In this document: positions 1 through 8,300 of the stretch, piece by piece | Layout: every line of letters begins with the position of its first letter | Position numbering within the stretch: position 1 is the first letter of the stretch | NCBI RefSeq assembly: GCF_006345805.1 | Contig: NW_021827667.1 | Location: 1-9,892, forward strand | DNA from: Octopus sinensis | Lineage: Eukaryota | Reading direction: 5' to 3' | Length of the DNA stretch: 9,892 nucleotides | Translations under genes and position numbers: made by a program | The notes under the pieces: model-generated | The model's input: only the letters and a program-made list of their open reading frames with translations | Told to the model about the DNA's origin: nothing | The model's database searches: none

Positions 1-149
1 AGTGTGAGAGAAGAGCGGAGAGAGAACGAAATTAAGCGAGCAAGTGAGAAAGAGAGAGAGAGGGAGAGAGAGAGAGTTTGAGGGAGAGTGCAAGTGAAAC
101 AGTGAGTGTGAGAGAAGAGCGGAGAGAGAACGAAATTAAGCGAGCAAGT

Positions 150-191
<42 letters not shown>

Positions 192-388
192 GTTTGAGGG
201 AGAGTGCAAGTGAAACAGTGAGTGTGAGAGAAGAGCGGAGAGAGAACGAAATTAAGCGAGCAAGTGAGAAAGAGAGAGAGAGAGAGCGAGAGAGAAGGGA
301 GAGAGGGAGAGAGAGTTTGAGGGAGAGTGCAAGTGAAACAGTGAGTGTGAGAGAAGAGCGGAGAGAGAACGAAATTAAGCGAGCAAGT

Positions 389-420
<32 letters not shown>
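1..420. repeat. Polypurine minisatellite: 81 bp core plus variable (GA)n spacer, 3 full copies and 1 partial, period 104-123 bp
   Basis: The core gtttgagggagagtgc...gcaagtgagaaag is identical at 76-156, 192-272 and 315-395, and partial at 1-52. The anchor cgaaattaagc starts at 27, 131, 247 and 370. Confidence 0.95.
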
Positions 421-431
<11 letters not shown>

Positions 432-570
432 AGAAAGTGAAAGAGTGATAGAGAGAGAAAGAGAAAGAGAGAAAGAGTGAGAAAGAGAGAAAGAGAAAGT
501 GAGATAGATTGATAGAGACAGATAGAGAGATAGATAAGTAAATAGACAGATAGATAGAGAGAGAGAGAAA
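421..570. repeat. Degenerate (GA)n/(GAAA)n/(GATA)n tract
   Basis: Read directly from the sequence. Confidence 0.9.
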
Positions 571-600
571 CAGACGCTCAGAGACACAAACAAAATCACA

Positions 601-636
601 CGCCCGGCGTACTAACGATTTTGCCAACTGGCCGCC
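601..636 (-). mobile_element. Orphan 5' head fragment of SINE family A (A-box part only)
   Basis: cgcccggcgtactaacgattttgccaactggccgcc matches the heads at 3643-3678 and 9209-9244. Confidence 0.75.
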
Positions 637-650
637 TTTAAAACTGATTT

Positions 651-723
651 ATAACAACAACAACAACAACAACAACGATGACGACGACGACGACGACGAT
701 AGTAACAGCAACAACAACAATAA
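651..723. repeat. Compound in-phase trinucleotide tract (CAA)n/(CGA)n, probably the mutated tail of the adjacent SINE A
   Basis: Read directly; it abuts the 3' end of the minus-strand SINE at 725. Confidence 0.9.
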
Positions 724-724
724 T

Positions 725-940
725 GATCCTTTCTACTAAAGGCACAAGGCCTGAAATTGTGTGGGAGGGGTATAGTCGATTGCATCGAACCTCTGAACTT
801 GAATTGTACTTCTTTCATCGATTCCGAGAGGAAGAAAGGCAAAGTCGACCTCGGCGGAATTTGAACTCATAACGCAAGGACGGACAAAATGCCGCTAAGC
901 ACTTTGCCCGGTGTGCCAACGACTCTGTCAGCTCGTCGCC
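725..940 (-). mobile_element. tRNA-derived SINE family A, monomer
   Basis: The minus strand starts GGCGACGAGCTGACAGAGTCG (A-box-like) and has a B-box GAGTTCAAATTCC (855-867) and a 12 bp stem at 881-910. The body is shared with the arrays, and the tail runs into a trinucleotide repeat. Confidence 0.88.
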
Positions 941-942
941 TT

Positions 943-964
943 AATAATGATGATGATGATGATG

Positions 965-1033
<69 letters not shown>
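943..1033. repeat. (GAT)n to (AAT)n microsatellite
   Basis: Read directly. Confidence 0.98.
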
Positions 1034-1035
<2 letters not shown>

Positions 1036-1586
1036 GATGCAGTACCAGGCAGTGGCTCTCATGGCTTCTGATCTTAACTGATTGGAAGTGTTATCATGTA
1101 CATTGTTTTGTCTTGGTATAAAAGATGGGCTACAGCAAATATTCTGCTCAATACCACAGATTTGCTTGTCAGTTGTTTGACCTTAACCAGTTGAGCATGT
1201 CCCTTAGTGGCTGACGATATGTGCATCTCTGATCACGAGCAGAAGTAGTGGGGGAGCATCATAGCCATGTGTTGAGAGGGATTCTTTGGGGTTTGAATAG
1301 TTCACCTCTGGAAACATGAGTGGTTCTTTCAACATCCTTAAACAACCCTTATTTAGGGACCGTTTGAGCAGGATGGGCTACTCAAAATGAAGAAAATTCT
1401 AACTGGGCCCCACCTGCAAGGTCATGTGCTGTTTATCTTGATATGAGATCACCATGTCGCGCACATATGGTTGTGATGCATGTGCCTGGTGTACCTTTAT
1501 CAGACGGGTAGTCATGATGGGTATATTGGGCTTCGTATATTTTACCCCAGTGTCTTTTGATGGCATGAACTGCTCTCTCACTCAAT
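1034..1586. mobile_element. Unclassified ~550 bp non-coding element E, copy 1
   Basis: It is about 92% identical to 1605-2154 by eye and bounded by (AAT)n on both sides. I saw no TIR, Pol III boxes or convincing ORF. Confidence 0.75.
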
Positions 1587-1597
1587 GAAATAATAAT

Positions 1598-2154
1598 AAA
1601 TGTCCTGATGCAGTACCAGGCAGTGGCTCTCATGGCTTCTGATCTTAACTGATTGGAAGTGTTATCATGTACATTGTTTTGTCTTGGTATAAAAATGGGC
1701 ATACAGCATATTCTGCTCAATACCACAGATTTGCTTGTCAGTTGCTTGACCATAACCAGTTGAGCATGTCCCTTAGTGGCTGACGATATGTGCATCCCTG
1801 ATCATGAGCAGAAATAGTGGGGGAGCATCATAGCCATGTGTTGAGAAGGATTCTTGGGGTTTGAATAATTCACCTCTGGAGACATGGGTGTTTCGTCCAA
1901 CATCCTTAAACAACCCTTATTCAGAGACCTTTTGAGCGGGATGGGCTACTCGATCAGAAGAAAATTCTAACTGGGCCCTACCTGCAAGGTCATGCGCTGT
2001 TTATCTTGATATGAGATCACATGTCGCGCACATATGGTTGTGATGCATGTGCCTAGTGTACCCTTATCAGAGGGTAGTCATAATGGGTAGCTACACTGGG
2101 CTTCGTATTTTACCCCAGTGTCACTTTGATGGCATGAAGCTGCTCTCACTCAAT
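1598..2154. mobile_element. Unclassified ~550 bp non-coding element E, copy 2 (head-to-tail, period 571 bp)
   Basis: ctgatgcagtacc starts at 1034 and 1605, both copies end in cactcaat, and the linker at 1586-1600 is a short AAT tract. Confidence 0.75.
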
Positions 2155-2167
2155 AATAATAATAATA

Positions 2168-2233
<66 letters not shown>

Positions 2234-2273
2234 TATATAATAATAATAATAATAATAATAATTAATAATAATA
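2152..2273. repeat. (AAT)n microsatellite, about 40 units
   Basis: Read directly. Confidence 0.98.
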
Positions 2274-2424
2274 AAGAATAATTCCCTTATTTGTTATCTG
2301 GGCGACGATAATTTAAGGAAGGATTTGAATGGGATAATCTGAAATAATAGCGGCTATGAAGAAAGTACCGGGTGGTAAGCTAAATGCGGAGCAATCGGAA
2401 ATCGCAACACCGGTCCGTACAATA

Positions 2425-2682
2425 TGTGTGTGTGTATATATATATATATATATGTGTGAGTGTGTGTGTACGTTTGTGTGTCTGTGTTTGTTTCCCCAAC
2501 ATCTCTTGACAACCGATGCTGGTGTGTTTACGTCCCCGTCACTTAGCGGTTCGGCAAAAGAGTCCGATCGAATAAGTACTGGGCTTACAAAAAATAAGTC
2601 CTGGCGTCGATTTGCTCGACTAAAGGCGGTGCTCCAGCATGGCCGCAGTTAAATGACAAACAAGTAAAAGAGTAAAGAGAGT
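2425..2682 (+). mobile_element. SINE family B, 5'-truncated copy B1 (internal microsatellite plus 3' half)
   Basis: It is collinear with ~6665-6945 (cttgacaaccgatgctggtgtgtttacgtcc ... ggtgctccagcatggccgcag ... aagtaaaaga). Confidence 0.9.
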
Positions 2683-2841
2683 ACACACTCGCATTCACAA
2701 GCGCAAACAATATACGCAAGCATGCATATACGCGCACGCACGAGCGCGCGCCGCGTACACACACACATACACGCACACACACCGACATGCATGTAGTCCA
2801 TGTATGTATGTATGTATGTATGTATGTATGTATGTATGTAC
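2683..2841. repeat. Compound (CA)/(CG)-rich and (TATG)n tract
   Basis: Read directly; (TATG)n spans about 2801-2840. Confidence 0.9.
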
Positions 2842-2939
2842 AGAGTACGATGGGTAAATTGTCGCCATTTTATATTTTTAATTTGGCATAGTGACGTTAT
2901 GTCTCCATTCATCTTACCACACGGCTTCAGACTCAATAC

Positions 2940-3678
2940 GGAGACATAGATAAAGTCGATTAAGTCGGTTACATCGACCCCAGTGCGTAACTGGTACTTA
3001 ATTTATCGACCCTGAAAGGATAAAATGCAAAGTCGACCTCGGCGGAATTTGAACTCAGAACGTAGCAGCAGACGAAATACCTATTTCTTTACTACCCACA
3101 AGGGGCTAAACACAGAGAGGACAAACAAGGACGGATAAACGGATTAAGTCGAATATATCGACCCCAATGCGTAACTGGTACTTAATTTGTCGACCCCGAA
3201 AGGATGAAAGTCAAATTCGACCGGCGGAATGTGAACTCAGAACGTAACGGCAGACGAAATACCTATTTCTTTACTACCCACAAGGGGCTAAACACAGAGA
3301 GGACAAACAAGGACAGACAAACGGATTAAGTCGATTATATCGAACCCAGGGCGTAACTGGTACTTATTTAATCGACCTCGAAAGGTAAAAGGCAAAGTCG
3401 ACCTCGGCGGAATTTGAACTCAGAACGTAGCGGCAGACGAAATACCTATTTCTTTACTACCTACAAGTGGTAAAACACAGAGAGGAAAAACAAGGACAGA
3501 CAGACAGATTAAGTTGATTATATCGACCCCAGTGCATAACTGGTACTTAATTTAATCGACCCCGAAAGGATGAAAGGCAAAGTCGACCTCGGCGGAATTT
3601 GAACTCAGAACGTAACGGCAGACGAAATACGGCTACGCATTTCGCCCGGCGTGCTAACGGTTCTGCCAGCTCGCCGCC
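2940..3678 (-). mobile_element. SINE family A concatemer 1: one full head, 4 B-box/body units, period 182-185 bp
   Basis: The anchor gacgaaatac starts at 3071, 3253, 3436 and 3621. The only A-box-like motif is at 3658-3668, and the head unit B-box is at 3594-3606. Confidence 0.92.
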
Positions 3679-4072
3679 TTGTTAGCAACACATTATTATT
3701 GTACGGCATGTAATTAGCAATGTAATTAGCGGTTATCTAAGCAAACCTATAATAACCCGATAATCAGCAATCCCCCAATAATTATACTTGAGATTATTTC
3801 GAATTCAACTAAGCATGTAATTGTAGAATTTCACATGTAATTCCGAAACCTTCGTTTGCCGAGCTGTAGTCATATCTCTCAAATCAAAGTTTTGAGTGCA
3901 GTAAATCGCACGTAGGAATGAGCAAGGGACATTTTAAAAACCGTTATGTGAGTAAATAAATTAAAAAATCCACCCTTAAATTTGCAACTTACAAGAATAC
4001 AGCAGCTCTATCGTGATGTGTATCGAATTAAAGGAAGAAATATTTATTTTCAACTCTCTTTATATATTTTAG

Positions 4073-4152
4073 CCCACAACATGAAGCATTTTATCAATCT
4101 CGTATTTGGAAAACTTTGAAATATGAAAATGTTAACAGAGATAGTCTCCACG
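4073..4152 (+). CDS. Candidate small host exon (PQHEAFYQSRIWKTLKYENVNRDSLH)
   Basis: It has a pyrimidine-rich acceptor ttttag at 4067-4072 and one open frame, but the donor (cg|gtcgtt) is weak. I did not recognise a homolog. Confidence 0.25.
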
Positions 4153-4184
4153 GTCGTTACATGAATAAATCTAACTTTTCAATA

Positions 4185-4431
4185 CTCTCTTTTACTCTTT
4201 TAGTTGTTTCAGTCATTTGACTGTGGCCATGTTGGAGCACCGCCTTTAGTCGAGCAAATCGACCCCGGGACTTATTCTTCGTAAGCCTAGTACTTACTCT
4301 ATCAGTCTCTTTTGCCGAACCGCTAAGTTACAGGGACGTAAACACCAGCATCGGTTGTCAAGCGATGTTGGGGGGGAAAAACATAGACACACAAACATAC
4401 ACACATACATACATACATACATGCACGCACG

Positions 4432-4468
<37 letters not shown>

Positions 4469-4554
4469 CCCGAGGCTATAGTAGAAGACACTTGCCCAAG
4501 GTGCCACGCAATGGGACTGAACCCGGAACCATGTGATTGGTAAGCAAGCTACTT
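4185..4554 (-). mobile_element. SINE family B, copy B2, with an internal deletion and an interrupted head
   Basis: It is the reverse complement of 6502-6945. It retains the B-box and CORE-like accttgggcaagt, lacks the ~55-60 bp before the microsatellite, and breaks off at gctactt (4554). Confidence 0.92.
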
Positions 4555-4893
4555 TATTTCATGAAAATTCGCCATTAAGGCGTTACATAGAGGGGACATA
4601 CAAATACAGACAAACATATAGGGTGTAGTAGCTTAAAATGTTGGTGATTACAATAAAATATATATAATATTTACAATATAAAGTTTTAAAAATTTGGTAC
4701 TATACAGTAGGGCACGGATCCCAGCCATCTGGGTAGAACCTTTACGATCCGGCCACACTTACCTGGTGCCAGATATACGCACTTGCTGCTACAGACTTCC
4801 ATCTTTTCACAAACATATCTCGTGACAAACACCTCTTCTCCAGCCTGATCTTACTACCGAGGTGGTAACTAAAAAAGTTAACCAACCCCTGGC
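4555..4893 (-). mobile_element. Probable 5'-truncated non-LTR retrotransposon 3' end (L1/Tx1-like ORF2 C-terminus plus 3' UTR)
   Basis: The minus frame reads QGLVNFFSYHLGSKIRLEKRCLSRDMFVKRWKSVAASAYIW with a stop at 4742-4744; the RxE...F..RW pattern recalls Tx1/L1 ORF2 ends. An AT-rich UTR ends in AATAAA exactly at the junction, and the segment splits a SINE head. The clade call is from memory. Confidence 0.55.
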
Positions 4894-4939
4894 ACCACAA
4901 AGCCACTCCTACGTCTATACTTACCACACAGCCACTCCT
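4894..4939 (-). mobile_element. Displaced and duplicated SINE B 5' head (A-box), two copies offset by 29 bp
   Basis: accacaaagccactcctacgtctat (4894-4918) and tacttaccacacagccactcct (4918-4939) both match the reverse complement of the B3 head at 6502-6530. Confidence 0.85.
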
Positions 4940-5211
4940 AATGGAAAAAAAAAACACAGCACACACGAACAACTTATATATACATATGTACGTGAATGTA
5001 CGAATATATATTTTTTATTTCGCACATCAAATTTCTGTGTGCTTCTAATCCCTCATCCATCAGATTACTTTTTTGTTATCGCTTTACATAATTTCTTAAA
5101 GTTGGGAATAGTTTGTAATAGGAAACTCGAATGTGAATAGAATATTCGAATATTCTTAAATTCTGTTGCCACCAGAGGCATTGAGACGGATTATAGAAAG
5201 TTATGTGCGTA

Positions 5212-5602
<391 letters not shown>

Positions 5603-5689
5603 AGGCGTGAAGGAACGTATATATGATGTAGGTATGTTCAGCTAACCTAGTTAAGACAACACTCATACACATATGAACAGATATATATC

Positions 5690-6080
5690 TACACAGGTAC
5701 ATATATACACATATACTTACATACATGCTCACACTCACACACATAAATGTATATATTCAAAGGAATATTTACTCTCTTACAGAAGAGCATACGGGTATAC
5801 GACTAAGCACACAAGCATACATAATACATACATACATGCATGCATACATACATACATACATACATACATACATACATAAATACATACATACATGCATACA
5901 TGCATACATGCATACATACATACATATATACATATATGCATACATACATACATATATACATACATACACACATATATGAACATATACATTTGAAATTTAT
6001 GCTTACACATTTACAGGTGTAGATACTCAATACCTATGCATATACATTCACATTTTGATACATGTATGCATATATGCCAG
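5690..6080. repeat. Degenerate (TACA)n/(TGCA)/(CA)-rich tract
   Basis: Read directly; it is purest at about 5825-5970. Confidence 0.9.
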
Positions 6081-6085
6081 CATAC

Positions 6086-6114
<29 letters not shown>
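6086..6114. repeat. (ATTT)n microsatellite
   Basis: Read directly. Confidence 0.95.
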
Positions 6115-6118
<4 letters not shown>

Positions 6119-6241
6119 GGTGACTGAAGCTTTATACACGTCACAGTCTATTAGCGGCGCATGCGTGTCTTTGTGTGTTTGTGTGGATATATGAATTGTT
6201 TGGAAAAGAAATTTACCAACGTTTATTTCAATGGCTTCTAG

Positions 6242-6366
6242 ATCACACAAATCTTTCACATCCTGTTTAAATTCTCCAAGGAGAAGAAGGTGAAACTTGT
6301 AAATAATGCTATATTAGAATTATTTCAATATCAACTGGAGGATTCTGTAATTCCTGTTTATTTTAG
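6242..6366 (+). CDS. Candidate internal host exon, 125 nt (ITQIFHILFKFSKEKKVKLVNNAILELFQYQLEDSVIPVYF), product unknown
   Basis: It has an acceptor cttctag (AG at 6240-6241) and a strong donor ag|gtaaga (GT at 6367-6368). It keeps 41 open codons in AT-rich non-repetitive DNA. I did not recognise a homolog. Confidence 0.5.
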
Positions 6367-6501
6367 GTAAGAAAATATTCTGTTGGAATATCATCAAATA
6401 ATAGAAGATCACTAATGGACGACATGTCATGACATAACTCACCGCTTTATGGCAGCTGCGTATCTTTATATAATGGATCAGTTATATGGCATTATTGTAC
6501 T

Positions 6502-6705
6502 GGCGCAGGAGTGGCTGTGCGGTAAGTAGCTTGCTTACCAACCACATGGTTCTGGGTTCAGTCCCACTGCGTGGCACCTTGGGCAAGTGTCTTCTACTGT
6601 AGCCTCGGGCCAACCAAAGCCTTGTGAGTGGATTTGGTAGGCGGAAACTGAAAGAAGCCCGTCGTATATATGTATGTATGTATATATATATATATATATA
6701 TATCA

Positions 6706-6756
<51 letters not shown>

Positions 6757-6945
6757 TCCCCCCAACATCGCTTGACAACCGATGCTGGTGTGTTTACGTC
6801 CCTGTAAGTTAGCGGTTCGGCAAAATAGACCGATAGAATAAGTACTAGGCTTACAAAGAATAAGTCCTGGGGTCGATTTGCTCGACTAAAGGCGGTGCTC
6901 CAGCATGGCCGCAGTCAAATGACTGAAACAAGTAAAAGAAAAAAG
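6502..6945 (+). mobile_element. SINE family B, full-length copy B3 (tRNA head, CORE-like domain, internal microsatellite, (TAAAAGA)-type tail)
   Basis: A-box TGGCTGTGCGG is at 6512-6522 and B-box GGTTCAGTCCC at 6555-6565. accttgggcaagt (6576-6588) matches the MIR/CORE-SINE core motif, and a (TA)n(TG)n tract lies at about 6665-6752. Confidence 0.92.
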
Positions 6946-6987
6946 ATATAGATTGTTGATAAAGTAGCTAAATGGAATTTATATGTT

Positions 6988-7010
6988 CTAACTCTTTTAT
7001 AGTTTTACAG
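6988..7010 (+). promoter_or_regulatory. Candidate 3' splice site (branch-point-like CTAAC, pyrimidine tract, CAG)
   Basis: The sequence is ctaactcttttatagttttacag|attgag. Only the frame compatible with the 6242-6366 exon stays open for more than 4 codons (RLRALSSGTANM, stop at 7045-7047). Confidence 0.35.
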
Positions 7011-7128
7011 ATTGAGAGCTCTTAGCTCGGGTACTGCGAACATGTGATAAGAATGTCACAAGACGGATTCTTCAAGCAGAGCCAACCGCCAGGAAACCTA
7101 GATGTAGATCCAAGAATAAGATGGTTGT

Positions 7129-7650
7129 ATGATAGTCATTTTGATTCGACGGTCATTCGGAATGCTCACATCAGCCATATTCCTACCGCTCTATGTCACG
7201 CTGGTGAGACCCATATTGGAGTACGGGATTCAAGCCTCTTCTCCTTATCTCCTCAAATACATACATCATCTCGAAAGAGTCCAGAAGCTGGCTACCCGCA
7301 TGGTTATTGGTCTCAAGCATTTGTCTTATGAAGAAAGGCTGAAGACGCTCGACCTTTATTCTCTAGAAAAACGACGACGCCGTGGTGATCTCATTCTCGC
7401 TCACAACATCATAAGCGGAAAGTGTAACCTCTCGAAAGAGCTGTTCTTCACTCCTGCTCCAGAGCGTCGGCTGCGGGGTCACCCCGAAAAGCTCTACCTG
7501 CGACGATTTCATCTCAATCGAAGGAGAGGGGCTTTCTCCGTCCGGGTTGCGGATCCGTGGAATAAGCTGCCGGACGAGATAGTGAAGATGCCGACGACCG
7601 CTCGGTTCAAAGTCTCTCTTGACCAGAAATGGCCTGAACTCTTTGCATGA
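7129..7650 (+). pseudogene. CR1-clade LINE ORF2 C-terminal fragment (173 aa open frame; first 4 codons come from flanking DNA)
   Basis: Typical CR1 post-RT motifs are present: LYVTLVRPILEY, LERVQKLAT, LSYEERL, SLEKRRRRGDLI, RGH..KL, FSVRVADPWNKLP, FKVSLD. Confidence 0.93.
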
Positions 7651-7732
7651 ACACCACCCTGTACATAACTCCATGTCCCCCTACGTGGCCTTGCTTTTTG
7701 CTTTTTGAGCCAAAAAAATTAACTTAACTAAC
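7141..7732 (+). mobile_element. 5'-truncated CR1-type LINE, 592 bp, (TAAC)-type tail, 8 bp TSD TAGTCATT
   Basis: The TSD is at 7133-7140 and 7733-7740. Between them lie the ORF2 end, a short 3' UTR and the tail taacttaactaac. Confidence 0.92.
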
Positions 7733-7829
7733 TAGTCATTGTGTCAGTTGACCACGTTTGGCAATCTAGATGGAAAGTGTAATAACGGTTGCTTCAGATA
7801 GGACACTTTTGCTTTGTGGCCTCTTTTGG

Positions 7830-8044
7830 TTATGGTTACGGCTTCTGTGGCGTATACATTCTTCCTTGGACGGGACGACGATCTGTCGCAGGATTACTCA
7901 TTATTGCCAATTGACTCGACTGGAGAGCAACGTGAAATGAAGTGTTTTGCTCAAGAACACAATGCGTCGCCCGGTCCAGGAATCGAAACCACAATCTTAC
8001 AGTCATGAATCCAACACCCTGAGCACTAAACCACGTGCCTCCAC
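7830..8044 (-). mobile_element. tRNA-derived SINE family C, diverged copy
   Basis: The minus strand has an A-box-like TGGTTTAGTG (8024-8033) and a B-box GGTTTCGATTCC (7979-7990). These are followed by a CORE-like gtgttcttgagcaaaacactt and a V-domain-like cctgcga...gtcccgtcca segment. The 3' boundary is approximate. Confidence 0.75.
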
Positions 8045-8300
8045 CACTGCTAAGCCATGCACTTCCACTCAGCACCTCTTACGACCCGCACTAATTTACA
8101 CTATTGTACAGGTGTCTGTATTTCATGTGATTATTTAAACAAATTTAATACTTGTTTAATTTAGAATGTGTTGAGTATGGTGACCAACCCTGTTTCGGAA
8201 AAAATCGGTAATCCGGGAAGACTCTGCAACAAAAGTTGCCGGGAAATCGATGGTATACCTTTACTTAGTTTTTAACAAAATACTGAAATAGTTTGCTGTT

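Noticed and set aside
136-627. 163 aa ORF and the other low-complexity ORFs (e.g. 5166-5645, 5725-6030, 2047-2265, 678-872)
   Set aside because: They are translations of microsatellites that lack stop codons in that frame.
881-910. Apparent compensatory G-C to A-T change in the SINE A stem as proof of selection
   Set aside because: Both changes are CpG-type transitions that could arise independently by deamination, so this is only weak support.
1399-1795. 60 aa and 120 aa minus-strand ORFs in element E
   Set aside because: The second copy has several non-triplet indels over the same region, and there is no recognisable motif.
1780-1835. ctgacga...gaaa in element E copy 2 as a hammerhead
   Set aside because: There is no proper stem II or UH cleavage triplet, and copy 1 has gaag instead.
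2940-3678. CRISPR-like appearance of the ~184 bp arrays (also 8301-9244)
   Set aside because: The whole unit repeats with no unique spacers, there are no cas genes, and the context is eukaryotic with Pol III boxes.
3619-3678. SINE heads as true tRNA genes (also 6502-6570 and 7975-8044)
   Set aside because: The arms are non-canonical (12 bp stem with 6 nt loop in A), and each head is fused to a SINE body.
7363-7674. 103 aa minus ORF and 95 aa ORF at 7044-7331
   Set aside because: They are shadow frames of the CR1 ORF2 fragment.
8175-8262. Possible hAT/MITE end (ggtgaccaac)
   Set aside because: There is no convincing matching inverted end or TSD.
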